Part shown: piece by piece, positions 49,201 through 57,439 of the stretch
How positions within the stretch are numbered: the stretch's first letter is position 1
Layout of the letters: every line of letters begins with the position of its first letter
Source: Polyangiales bacterium
GTDB taxonomy: Bacteria; Myxococcota_A; Polyangia; Polyangiales; Polyangiaceae
Length of the DNA stretch: 64,000 nt
Direction of reading: 5' to 3'
NCBI GenBank assembly: GCA_038231275.1
Contig: JBBRLQ010000033.1
Span: forward strand, 1 to 64,000
The notes under the pieces: generated by a model
Databases searched by the model: none
Told to the model about the DNA's origin: nothing
What the model saw: only the letters and a program-made list of their open reading frames with translations
Made by a program: the position numbers and the translations under genes

Positions 49201-50134
49201 CGATCGCGCCGCGCAGGTCGCCGACGATCTCCTCGCGATGGCGCAGCGTCAAGGCATCGCGGGCGCGGCGGTCGACGCGTGGCAGACGCTCGCCGTCGTG
49301 CGCCAGACGCGCGGCGATGTCGGCGCAGCGCTCGAAGCACGGCGCAGCGCGGCGAAGGCGGCCGCCGAAGCGGGCCTCAAGACACGCGAGGCGACGCTCA
49401 CGATCAACGTGGGCTTCGCGCTCACCACGCTCGGCGCGAAGACCGAGGCGCGGCAGGCCCTCGACAGCGGCATCGCCCTCGCGCAAGCCGTCGGCTCGCC
49501 CGGCACGGTGCGCCACGGCCAGATGAACCTCCTCGGCTGGACCGCCGCGTTCGGCGCCGATCCGGCGCTCGATGCGCTCCTCACCGAGCCGCGGCAGATC
49601 GCCGACAACGCGCTCAGCGGCAGCTGGGTGCCTCACGATCGCGCGACCCTCGGCGTCCTCTTTTACCGCGGCGTCGAGATCCTCCGCGGCGACGCCGGCG
49701 GGAACCCCGAGCACGCGCGCACGCTCCTCCGCACCGCCGCCGAAGGGTACCGCGCCACCAAGATGCTCGACGTCGTGCCGGTGGCGCTCGGTTTCTGGAG
49801 CGAGGCGGAACGACGCTGCGGTCAGGCCGAGCGCGCGCACGAGCTCGCGCTCGAGGCGACGCGCATGCTCGACGAGCGCGGCGCGAGCCTCCTCAACGAG
49901 GCGCCGGTGTTCCTCGCCCTCCACGACGCGTGCGTCGCGCTCGGCGATGCGGCAGGGGCCAAGGTCGCGATCGAGCGAGGCATCCCTCGCCTCGTCACGC
50001 GAATCGAAGGCCTCGCAGGAACGGCGTATCCGCATGGCTTCCTGACGGAGCTCGCCCCCAACGCCGGCCTCCTCGCCGCGGCGGAGACGTACGGCATCGT
50101 GCCGCCGAGCCTCGCCGCCGTTCTCAAGGGCTGA
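46223..50134 (+). CDS. Ser/Thr kinase - AAA ATPase - TPR multidomain protein
   Basis: GRGGVG, HRDVKPSN, DFG, APE; FVGRE, GAPGIGKT, EDAQWAD, GSPLFAEEL and FKHALMRE. Overlaps the rlmE stop (GTGA). Confidence 0.92.
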   Translation: MTATIAEQITLGGRFVVEREVGRGGVGIVYRALDTMTGQPVALKVIAIAGVDAGEEARFNREGRVLAGLAHPGIVRLVAFGQLDEGQPYVAMEWLEGEDVAQRLKRKPLTLFETLEVAAQVAEALAASHDAGIIHRDVKPSNIFLIGSGAGGSDALRAKLVDFGVASADDAKLTRTGAIIGTPAYMAPEQARGDAEVSARADLYALGATLFEMVSGRPPHVGPTPIAILARLVTTPAPRLSDVTEEAPPGLDDLLARMLDTHPEERPESGREVARALRRIVTEISADTPERLSGVEVQPLSVMGSVPDMSARSGGGGGTRLVTSILATSVPKGPVRGRLLANLRARGADATELGGDAIVAHLGVRKALGDEAARAIELGVRLARTNAQVGVATGRTRIDRTRPQGEVVDRAAALARDAQRGQVLVDTTTSELARGRYELAARDDGTALVLSELQAKREQIAGAPFVGREAELGQLLSSYERCQEDLNPLIATVTGAPGIGKTRLRREALSRISSHAASPRIVLVRCESFSKSHALGVVADVVRGLSGVAKGVTLEAAIEAANVLIKRGPGTQADPRELVARLLANEPLPDLDAQRGSRDALWVALTDVALAAAETTPLVIALEDAQWADSESLAWVDHLLGRAAGRALWVLVTTRPTLWRDDPTRFSGRDHVKIELRPLSKKTVRAIAKAMLGDRAIGEAGEALTDTIAQQAAGSPLFAEELARLAAKGQDATAAATIEAAIQVHLDALDDAAREAAAKLSVFGLVGWDGGLTALGVSGSNDMLRSLSGAEVLVEQAQSRFREAREWAFKHALMREVAYASLGEDMLKECHARAGKWLAKMGEDDATVARHLELGGRAEEAAGYLEKAARRALSANALAQAVNFAERALAFADDKPTQFARALILDEAWNRLDARAGERDTAVRAMEDAVYDEASAVRARGARVRYEDARGGDSETSARLEQIVKDARAAGLADEEARCAAALASRYAFAGELDRAAQVADDLLAMAQRQGIAGAAVDAWQTLAVVRQTRGDVGAALEARRSAAKAAAEAGLKTREATLTINVGFALTTLGAKTEARQALDSGIALAQAVGSPGTVRHGQMNLLGWTAAFGADPALDALLTEPRQIADNALSGSWVPHDRATLGVLFYRGVEILRGDAGGNPEHARTLLRTAAEGYRATKMLDVVPVALGFWSEAERRCGQAERAHELALEATRMLDERGASLLNEAPVFLALHDACVALGDAAGAKVAIERGIPRLVTRIEGLAGTAYPHGFLTELAPNAGLLAAAETYGIVPPSLAAVLKG

Positions 50135-50147
50135 TCCGACCGCGTTC

Positions 50148-51515
50148 ATGCGTCGCCCGCGTCCGCTGACCGTGGTCGCCCTCGTCGCGCTCGCCGCGGG
50201 CGCCGTCCTCCGCGCGCTCTACGCGCTCGTGTGGCACCCGATGATGCAGTTTCTCTTCGCCGACATGGAGGTCTACTGGCGGTTCGCGCGCGCGTCCGTC
50301 GATCCGAGCCACCGCCCGACGATCGAGGACACGCTCTTCCCTCCGGGCGCGCCCATCTTCTTCGGGCTGCTCTCGAAGATCGACGGAACGATGCACCTCG
50401 CGCAGCTCGTCCAGCTCGCGATGGCGCTCGCAGTTCCGCTCCTCGTCTACGGAATCGCCCGCGAGCTTTACGAGCGTCGCGTCGCTCTCCTCGCCATGGC
50501 CTTCGCGAGCCTGCACCTGCCGCTCTTCGAATACTCCGGCTTTTTTCTCGCCGAAAATCCGTTCACGTTCTTCCTCCTCGTCGCATTTCTCCTCCTCGTG
50601 CGGAGCCTCCGCGAGGAGGCGAACGCCAAGCGCCCCGCGCTGGCCTTCGGGCTCGCGGCGGGCGTGGTCCTCGGTGTCTGCGTCGCGTTCAAGTCGGCGG
50701 CGCTGATGTCGGCGCTCATGGTGATGCTCGTCGTGGTGGGGCGAATGCGCTGGGGAGGGAGTCAGCGGCTTCGCGCCGGACGGGCCCTCGCGGCGGCGGC
50801 GGTCGGCCTCACGCTCTTGCTCGTCCCGCTCGCGATCCGCGCGACGCGCCTCAACGAGGGGCGCTTTTGCCTCGTCGCCAACGAGGCGTCGCGCGGAATC
50901 CTCCTCGGGCATCACGGCGACGACTCGCTCGCCAAGTTCGAAGACTACCAACGCGGCTACTACTACGAGTTCGGCTACTCGACCGCGATGGAACGAGGCC
51001 GCCACGGCGTCGTCATCCTGACCGCGGGCCCGTGGGACAACGATCGCGTCCTCGCCGAGGCGTGGCGGTGGACGAAGCTCCATCCGACGCGCTCGATCGC
51101 CCTCGGCTTCGAGCACATCTTCGATCTCTTCATCTCGCGCCCGTGGCCGAGCGCCGGCGATCGCGTCCTCGCCCGCGCCACGCAGCTCACGCGGCTCGGC
51201 TACCAGCCGATCCTCCTCCTCCCCGCGGGCCTCGGGCTCGCGATGCTCCTCTGGCCGTGGCGGAAGAGCCGCCCTGGCCTCGGCGCCGACCTCTTGGTGC
51301 TCGCGCCGATCGCGGGGATTTGCGCGTCGGCGTTCCTTGCGGTCGGCGAATCGCGGTACCGGGCGCCGTTCGACGGCTTCCTGGTCGTGCTGGCCGCCCG
51401 CGGCTACGTCGCGCTGTGGGACGCGATCACTTCCCGCATCCGATCCCTACGTCGACCACGTCCACCTCGTTCGGCGGCATCCCCGACGCCGACCCGTCCG
51501 GATCCATCACCTTGA
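50148..51515 (+). CDS. GT-C (family 39/ArnT-like) polytopic glycosyltransferase
   Basis: Many TMs; ADMEVY, FPPGAP, LAEN and late ESRYRAP motifs. Confidence 0.7.
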   Translation: MRRPRPLTVVALVALAAGAVLRALYALVWHPMMQFLFADMEVYWRFARASVDPSHRPTIEDTLFPPGAPIFFGLLSKIDGTMHLAQLVQLAMALAVPLLVYGIARELYERRVALLAMAFASLHLPLFEYSGFFLAENPFTFFLLVAFLLLVRSLREEANAKRPALAFGLAAGVVLGVCVAFKSAALMSALMVMLVVVGRMRWGGSQRLRAGRALAAAAVGLTLLLVPLAIRATRLNEGRFCLVANEASRGILLGHHGDDSLAKFEDYQRGYYYEFGYSTAMERGRHGVVILTAGPWDNDRVLAEAWRWTKLHPTRSIALGFEHIFDLFISRPWPSAGDRVLARATQLTRLGYQPILLLPAGLGLAMLLWPWRKSRPGLGADLLVLAPIAGICASAFLAVGESRYRAPFDGFLVVLAARGYVALWDAITSRIRSLRRPRPPRSAASPTPTRPDPSP

Positions 51516-51625
51516 TCTCGATGGCCACCCTTCTTGGCGCGGGCGCGGCCAAGCCAGAGCGACGCGACCCGGCCGGCGACGTGTTGCTCTCTCTCGGGGA
51601 GGCTCGGAGAGCGCTCGCGCCACGC

Positions 51626-51701
51626 GAGGGAGCGGAGGAGGATTTGTCGGTTTGAACCCAGGCACCATTGCCCGAAGCCCAAAACCCTCCTCCGCTCCCT
51701 C
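51626..51701. repeat. Perfect 16-bp inverted repeat, 44-nt spacer (REP/MITE-like or terminator)
   Basis: GAGGGAGCGGAGGAGG (51626-51641) and CCTCCTCCGCTCCCTC (51686-51701) lie between convergent genes. Confidence 0.8.
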
Positions 51702-51727
51702 TCGGAGCGGAGCCGGCGAGACGCGTC

Positions 51728-52855
51728 TCAACGCGCGCAGCCGATGCCGATGTCCACGACGTCGACGCCTGTGAGGAGCATCTCTCCTCCCGAGCCGTCG
51801 GCGTTCATGATCTTGAGCTCGTGTCCGCTGTTCCTCTTTGCCTTTCCGCCTTCTTTGCGGCCGAGCCACAAAGAGACGATTCGTCCGTCGGGGAGCACGC
51901 AAGGGGAGTTGTCGTCCGAGAACCGGGGGCGCGTCGCGTCCTCGGGATCCACGTCTACGTTGACGAGCGACGGGACCTTCCCTGGCTCCACGCGCCAGAC
52001 CTGCTCGGCGCCGCCGTTCCACGTCCCCTCGAAGACGATCGCGCCGTCGGGGGAATAAGATGCGTGGTGATTTGCGCCGGTTTTCCCGCCGACCGCGGTC
52101 GCTTCGATGGCCACCCTGAAATCTTTTCCATCGACTCCGACCTCGCATACGGCGGTGCCGAGGCCGGCGCCGGGATCGCTTCCGCAGTCGAAGAGGACGC
52201 GCTTTCCGTCGGGCGAGAGCGCCGGTTGCTTGTTGTAGCGCGCGTGCGACGCGTCAGTGATGTTGACCGGCGTACCCCATCCGTAGGAGCCACGAGTGAC
52301 CGCGAAGAGATCGGAAGGGTGCGTGCCTTCGGCGGGGAAGACGACGACCTCCCCGCGCGAGCCTATCGCGCTCGTCGCCTCGGGGTGCACGGCCGCGCGG
52401 CCGGTGACCATCACCTGCGCGGTGCAGGCGGAGCGATCGACGACCGCGGTGCACATGTCCTGCCCGCAGCCGAAGCGCGTCGTCTGGACGAGGAGCCACT
52501 GGCCGTCGGCCGAGGCGTTGACGAAGCCGTCGACGCCGGGCGCAATCGCGTCGAGCTCGCGCGTCAGATCCTCGGCGTGCGCGTCGGCGCGGGCCTCGAT
52601 TCGATAATCATGGCCATCCGGGAGCCGAAAGACGACGTGGCCCGGCGAGGCCGAGACGCTCCCGGACGCGGACGGCGTCGTCGCCGGAACGACGGCCGCG
52701 CACCGCGGGTCCGTGCTCTTCACCCACTGCCCGAGCGCGCTCGTCTGGGTCGGCACCGTGTCGACGAGATCCTCGACGCCGCTGTCCACGCGGCATGCGG
52801 CGAGGGCGAGCGTGCCCAACGTCAGCGTGCGGAGCGTGAGCCTGCCCGGTTTCAT
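51728..52855 (-). CDS. Lipoprotein with TolB/PD40-like beta-propeller
   Basis: Lipobox LAAC. PALSPDGKRVLF, ASYSPDG and IMNADGSG motifs. Confidence 0.8.
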   Translation of the reverse strand: MKPGRLTLRTLTLGTLALAACRVDSGVEDLVDTVPTQTSALGQWVKSTDPRCAAVVPATTPSASGSVSASPGHVVFRLPDGHDYRIEARADAHAEDLTRELDAIAPGVDGFVNASADGQWLLVQTTRFGCGQDMCTAVVDRSACTAQVMVTGRAAVHPEATSAIGSRGEVVVFPAEGTHPSDLFAVTRGSYGWGTPVNITDASHARYNKQPALSPDGKRVLFDCGSDPGAGLGTAVCEVGVDGKDFRVAIEATAVGGKTGANHHASYSPDGAIVFEGTWNGGAEQVWRVEPGKVPSLVNVDVDPEDATRPRFSDDNSPCVLPDGRIVSLWLGRKEGGKAKRNSGHELKIMNADGSGGEMLLTGVDVVDIGIGCAR

Positions 52856-52896
52856 GGGTCGGGCGGTGGTACGTGACGGCGCGCCGAAGTCTTCCT

Positions 52897-53427
52897 TCAC
52901 CCTCTATGGGTGCCACGCGCCGCCGCCGGGTCGGCGTCGAGCTCGACCGTCTCGGGGGCCTGGCGGCGTCCGGCCCTCCCCTCCTCTACTACGCCCACGC
53001 GGACCCGGGAGGCCCCCATCATCTCTGCCATGCGGCGCACGTCGGCGACCTTCTCGTCGATCTTGGCGAGCTCGGTCTTCGCGACTTGCCGCTTCTTGGA
53101 GCCGAGCACCCAGACGAGGAGCATCCCCGGGTGAAGCGTGAGAAATCCGAGGGGCACGAACGGCGCGAGTGTGCCGGCGAGGAGCGAGATGATCGTGCCG
53201 AGCACGAGGGCGGTGGCGACGATGATTCCGCGGACGCGCCAGCGCCGCTTCGAATCGCCCATTCCCTTGGCGGCCTCGGCGAGGACCGCTGCGCGCCTCG
53301 CCTCGAGCTCCACCAGCCAAGGCTCGGCGACGCCGCCGGTGCCATGCGCTTCCCCGAGCCGGCGCTCCAGCTCCTCGATGCGCGCGTGCGCGGCGGCGAG
53401 CTCGTCACGGTAGTTTCCTTCGCTCAT
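52897..53427 (-). CDS. Hypothetical two-TM protein with coiled-coil segments
   Basis: YRDELAAAHARIEELERRL followed by two hydrophobic segments. Confidence 0.65.
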   Translation of the reverse strand: MSEGNYRDELAAAHARIEELERRLGEAHGTGGVAEPWLVELEARRAAVLAEAAKGMGDSKRRWRVRGIIVATALVLGTIISLLAGTLAPFVPLGFLTLHPGMLLVWVLGSKKRQVAKTELAKIDEKVADVRRMAEMMGASRVRVGVVEEGRAGRRQAPETVELDADPAAARGTHRG

Positions 53428-53483
53428 CGTCCGCTCACCCTGACGCCATCCTACTACCTACTGGATTCGGGTACCCTCCGGCG

Positions 53484-54230
53484 GTGAGCGCCGCGCCCGC
53501 CATCGAGCTCCGCGACGTCGCGAAGCGGTACGGAGAGCACGTCGCGCTGCATCCGACGAGCTTGACCTTGCCCGCGGGGGCCCGCCTCGCGCTCCTCGGC
53601 GCCAGCGGCTCCGGCAAGTCCACGCTGCTGAAGGTGGTGATGGGGCTCGTGACGCCCGACGCCGGTCGCGTGAACGTGCTCGGCGAGGAGATGGGGCCGT
53701 CGACGTCACGAAGCCTCCGTCACAAGATGGGCTACGTCATCCAGGAGGGCGGGCTCTTTCCGCACCTGACGGCGCGCCGCAACGTCTCCTTGATGGCGGA
53801 CTATCTCGGCTGGGAGAAGGCGCGCACGAGCGCGCGCATCGGCGAGCTGCGCGAGCTCGTAGGGCTCTTGGACGACGCGCTCGATCGTTTTCCGTCGGAG
53901 CTCTCGGGGGGACAGCGGCAGCGCGTCGGCATCATGCGCGCGCTCTTGCTCGATCCGCCGCTGCTGCTCCTCGACGAGCCGCTCGGCGCGCTCGACGCCG
54001 TGGTGCGCCGGCGCCTCCAGAAGGATCTCGTCGCGATCGTCACGCGGCTCGAGAAGGCGGTGCTGGTGGTGACGCACGACGCCGGCGAGGCCGCGGTGCT
54101 GGCCCACGAGATCGCGGTGATGGACGGCGGGCGCATCGTTCAGCGCGGGCCGATGCGGGCGCTGCGGGACGCTCCGGCGACGCCGTTCGTGCGCGAGCTG
54201 CTCGGCGATCCCGCGGAGGCGATCGCGTGA
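53484..54230 (+). CDS. Osmoprotectant-type ABC transporter ATP-binding protein
   Basis: GASGSGKST, GYVIQEGGLFPHLT, LSGGQRQR and DEPLGALD. Confidence 0.9.
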   Translation: MSAAPAIELRDVAKRYGEHVALHPTSLTLPAGARLALLGASGSGKSTLLKVVMGLVTPDAGRVNVLGEEMGPSTSRSLRHKMGYVIQEGGLFPHLTARRNVSLMADYLGWEKARTSARIGELRELVGLLDDALDRFPSELSGGQRQRVGIMRALLLDPPLLLLDEPLGALDAVVRRRLQKDLVAIVTRLEKAVLVVTHDAGEAAVLAHEIAVMDGGRIVQRGPMRALRDAPATPFVRELLGDPAEAIA

Positions 54231-55726
54231 GACGCGTCGCCGCCCTCCTGCTCCTCTTCGCTGCGCTCGTCGCGTCCGGCCGCGCCTCGGCCGACGGGGC
54301 GCCGCGCGTGGTGGCCGGATCGAAGGCCTTTCCGGAGTCGTGGATCCTCGGCGAGGCGCTGCGGATCCTCGCCGCCGAGTCGGGCGCCGCCGCCGAGCAC
54401 GCGAAGAACCTCGGCGGCACCGAGATCGCCGTCGCCGCGCTGCGTACCGGCGCGATCGATATTTATGTAGAATACACGGGTACCGTCGACGAGGTGATCC
54501 TGCGCGCGCCCGGCGCAGAGGCCGCGCAGCGCAAGGCCGGCCTCGCGGCGCTCGGGATCGGCGTGAGCGAGCGCCTCGGGTTCGACGACAGCTACGCGCT
54601 GGCGATGCGCGCCGACGTCGCGGCACGGAATGGCGTCCACACCATCGGCGATCTGGCGCGGAAGCCCGACCTTCGCCTCGGCCTGAGCCACGAGTTCTTG
54701 GGCCGCGCCGACGGATTCCCGGGCCTCGCCGCGCGCTACGGCCTCGGACAGGGCTCGGTACGCGGCCTCGAGCACGCGCTGGCCTACGAGGCGATGGCCG
54801 GCGGATCGATCGACGTCATGGACGTGTACACGACGGACGCGCAGATCGAGCGGCTCGGCCTCGTGGTCCTCGACGACGATCGCGTCTTCTTTCCGCGCTA
54901 CGACGCCGTGCTCCTCTATCGGTCGGACCTCCCCGCGCGGGCGCCCGCCGCCTTCGCCGCGATGTCGCGCCTCGTCGGCGCGATCAGCACCAAGGCGATG
55001 ACGCACGCGAACGCGGCGCTCGTGATCGATCACGCGACCGTCGGCGACGCGGCGGCGCTCCTCTTGCCTGGAGGTGCCGCGGCACACGCGCGAGCGCCCG
55101 CGCCAACGACTGCCGAGGCGATCGCCAAAGATACGATCCGTCACGTCGAGCTCGTCCTCGCGTCGCTCGCCGCGGCGATCGTCTTCGGCGTGCCGATCGG
55201 CGTTATCGCGAGCCGCGCCCGTCGCCTGGGACCGACGCTGATGACGTTGACCGGCCTCTTGCAGACAATCCCGTCGCTCGCGCTCTTGGCGCTCCTCGTG
55301 CCGCTCCTCGGGATCGGCGCGCGTCCGGCGATCGTCGCCCTCTTCTTGTATGGGCTCCTGCCGATCGCACGAAACACGTATACGGGGCTCGTGTCGATCT
55401 CGCCGGAGCTGGAGCGATCGGCAGAGGCGCTCGGTCTGTCGCCGTGGGCGAAGCTGCTCCGCATCTCACTGCCCCTGGCCTCGCCCATGCTCCTCGCGGG
55501 CGTGAAGACGAGCGCGATCATCAACGTGGGGACGGCCACGATCGCGGCGCTCGTCGGCGCGGACGGCCTCGGCAACCCGATCCTCCAGGGGATCAGCCTG
55601 CGCGATCCGTCGCTCATCTTTCGCGGCGCGGTGCCGGCGGCGGCGCTGGCGCTCGTCTTCGAGGCGGCATTCGCGGGTCTGGAGCGCGTCATCGTCCCGC
55701 GAGGCTTGCGCGCGGCGACGCGCTGA
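54227..55726 (+). CDS. Fused glycine-betaine/choline-family substrate-binding protein and permease
   Basis: GSKAFPES, YVEYTGT, GFDDSYAL, YTTD, FFPRY; then QTIPSLALL, LLPIARNT and GLGNPI. Confidence 0.9.
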   Translation: MRRVAALLLLFAALVASGRASADGAPRVVAGSKAFPESWILGEALRILAAESGAAAEHAKNLGGTEIAVAALRTGAIDIYVEYTGTVDEVILRAPGAEAAQRKAGLAALGIGVSERLGFDDSYALAMRADVAARNGVHTIGDLARKPDLRLGLSHEFLGRADGFPGLAARYGLGQGSVRGLEHALAYEAMAGGSIDVMDVYTTDAQIERLGLVVLDDDRVFFPRYDAVLLYRSDLPARAPAAFAAMSRLVGAISTKAMTHANAALVIDHATVGDAAALLLPGGAAAHARAPAPTTAEAIAKDTIRHVELVLASLAAAIVFGVPIGVIASRARRLGPTLMTLTGLLQTIPSLALLALLVPLLGIGARPAIVALFLYGLLPIARNTYTGLVSISPELERSAEALGLSPWAKLLRISLPLASPMLLAGVKTSAIINVGTATIAALVGADGLGNPILQGISLRDPSLIFRGAVPAAALALVFEAAFAGLERVIVPRGLRAATR

Positions 55727-55830
55727 CGTCCTCCGTGCCGCGCGCGCTCGTTCGCACCGCGCGCGGCTCGACTGCGTAGAACGATGCGCGAAAGGCCGTG
55801 GTCGCGTCATGAGGTCGCGGAGTTGGCCGT

Positions 55831-55847
55831 CGGCATGGTCGCTGCAT
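55831..55847 (+). promoter_or_regulatory. Putative sigma54 promoter
   Basis: CGGCATGGTCGCTGCAT gives GG-N10-GC, about 75 nt before ATG 55922. Confidence 0.5.
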
Positions 55848-55921
55848 ACGCGTGGCTCGCTCATCAACTGGTTGAACCACTTAATGAGTATACCCGATCA
55901 TTGACCGACCAGGAGACTGCC

Positions 55922-56674
55922 ATGTCGACCCTCCCCCGCCTCGGAATCGCCGCGCTCATCGCCGCTCCCCTCCTCTTGTGCAGCGCCACCGCGTGGAGCC
56001 AACAAGTGGGCGCGCCGAACGGAACGTGGACGCCCGCGCCGCCCGCGACGTCGCCCCAAGCGTCCGCCGTCCCCGCTCCGCTGCCGACGCTGCCTCCGCA
56101 GACGACGACTGTGACCCTCATCGCCGAGACGTCCCCCGCACCGCCGCCGCGCCCCACGGCCGCCGCGGTCCCGCCCGACGCCGACGTGACGTACGAACCG
56201 AAGAGCCCCCGCGACAGGCTCGTCGAGCAGCGCTTTTTGAACGGCTTTCGCCTCGGCTACGCCTACGTCGCCAACTACGACAAGCCGGTCGAGTCTCTCG
56301 GCGGCCAGTCGCTCAAGGACAGGATCGACATGAAGACGCCGCACCACTTCCTCCTGGGCTACGAGGGCGTGGTGCGGATGGTCGGTCACTCGTGGCTGAA
56401 CGTGATCCTCGTCGGCAACGTGATGGTGGCCGGCGTGGAGCAGAGCAAGTTCTACCCGACCGGCAACGCGCTCCTCGGCTTCGAGATCGACAACTCGTTC
56501 CAGGTCGGCGTCGGCACTAGCCTCACGCCGCTGCGCGGACAGGAGGCGCACGCGATCGCCGCCGCAGGATGGACGCCGCGCGTCGGGGGCTTCTACGTCC
56601 CGGTCCACGCCTTCGTCATCCCCGACGTCGACGGACTGCACCGCACCGGCGTCACTACCGGCGTGACGTGGTGA
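55922..56674 (+). CDS. Exported hypothetical protein, probable small OM beta-barrel
   Basis: SD AGGAG, signal peptide, Pro-rich linker, amphipathic strands and C-terminal GVTW. Confidence 0.7.
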   Translation: MSTLPRLGIAALIAAPLLLCSATAWSQQVGAPNGTWTPAPPATSPQASAVPAPLPTLPPQTTTVTLIAETSPAPPPRPTAAAVPPDADVTYEPKSPRDRLVEQRFLNGFRLGYAYVANYDKPVESLGGQSLKDRIDMKTPHHFLLGYEGVVRMVGHSWLNVILVGNVMVAGVEQSKFYPTGNALLGFEIDNSFQVGVGTSLTPLRGQEAHAIAAAGWTPRVGGFYVPVHAFVIPDVDGLHRTGVTTGVTW

Positions 56675-56713
56675 GGGCCTCTCTCCTGAATGGCTGCCCC
56701 GCGCCGCGCGAAG

Positions 56714-57310
56714 TCAGGCGCGGAGGAGCGCGGCGACGTGGTCGAGGACCCGCGCGTCGGTGATCATGAAGCGGTGCATCGCGACGCGAAAGCCGCGCAC
56801 CGAGCGTGCACCGGCGAGGACGGCGCTCTTCGCGGGGAGGATCATGAGATCGAACGGCGTGTAGAGGCAGTGGACCGCGACGTCGCCGAACGGATCGGGA
56901 TCGGTCTCGAGGTCCTCGAGGAGGGCGCTCTTCGGACGCATGTCGCGCGCGCCCGGGAACGGGAGTGCATACGCGGTCGCGGTGCCGTGGTGAGGCCCCG
57001 CGATCGACACGAACCGGCGCACGCGCTCCTTGCCGCCGCCGCGCTGGATGTACCAGCGCGACACGAGCGCCCCCATGCTGAAGCCCACGACGTCGACCTG
57101 CGCCGCCTTCTCGCGCGCGGCGAGGGCGTCGGCTTCGCGGGCGACGAGGCGACCGAGCTCGGCGATCGGCGCTCGCCCGTCGTTCGGCACCAGATCGATC
57201 GCGTGAACGCCGCGAACGCCGCGAAGCGTCAGTCCCGCCGCGAGGGGCGCGAGGCGGGAGGACGAGTCCCAGATGCCGTGGACCAAGAGGACCGGATGCG
57301 GCGCAGTCAC
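56714..57310 (-). CDS. Small alpha/beta-hydrolase lipase
   Basis: PVLLVHGIWD, VVGFSMG, SIAGPHHGT and DLMILP..H. The real gene is the end of the 1317-aa shadow ORF. Confidence 0.88.
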   Translation of the reverse strand: MTAPHPVLLVHGIWDSSSRLAPLAAGLTLRGVRGVHAIDLVPNDGRAPIAELGRLVAREADALAAREKAAQVDVVGFSMGALVSRWYIQRGGGKERVRRFVSIAGPHHGTATAYALPFPGARDMRPKSALLEDLETDPDPFGDVAVHCLYTPFDLMILPAKSAVLAGARSVRGFRVAMHRFMITDARVLDHVAALLRA

Positions 57311-57439
57311 GATCCCGATGTAGTCGACTGAACGTCGATGTCCCGCATGGAACGCGCGGAGACGCTGATTTCCGTGGGGCGTGCATCCCGTGCGCGATAT
57401 GGATGAGGTCGGGGAACGGCGGACACGGGAGGCTTGGAC

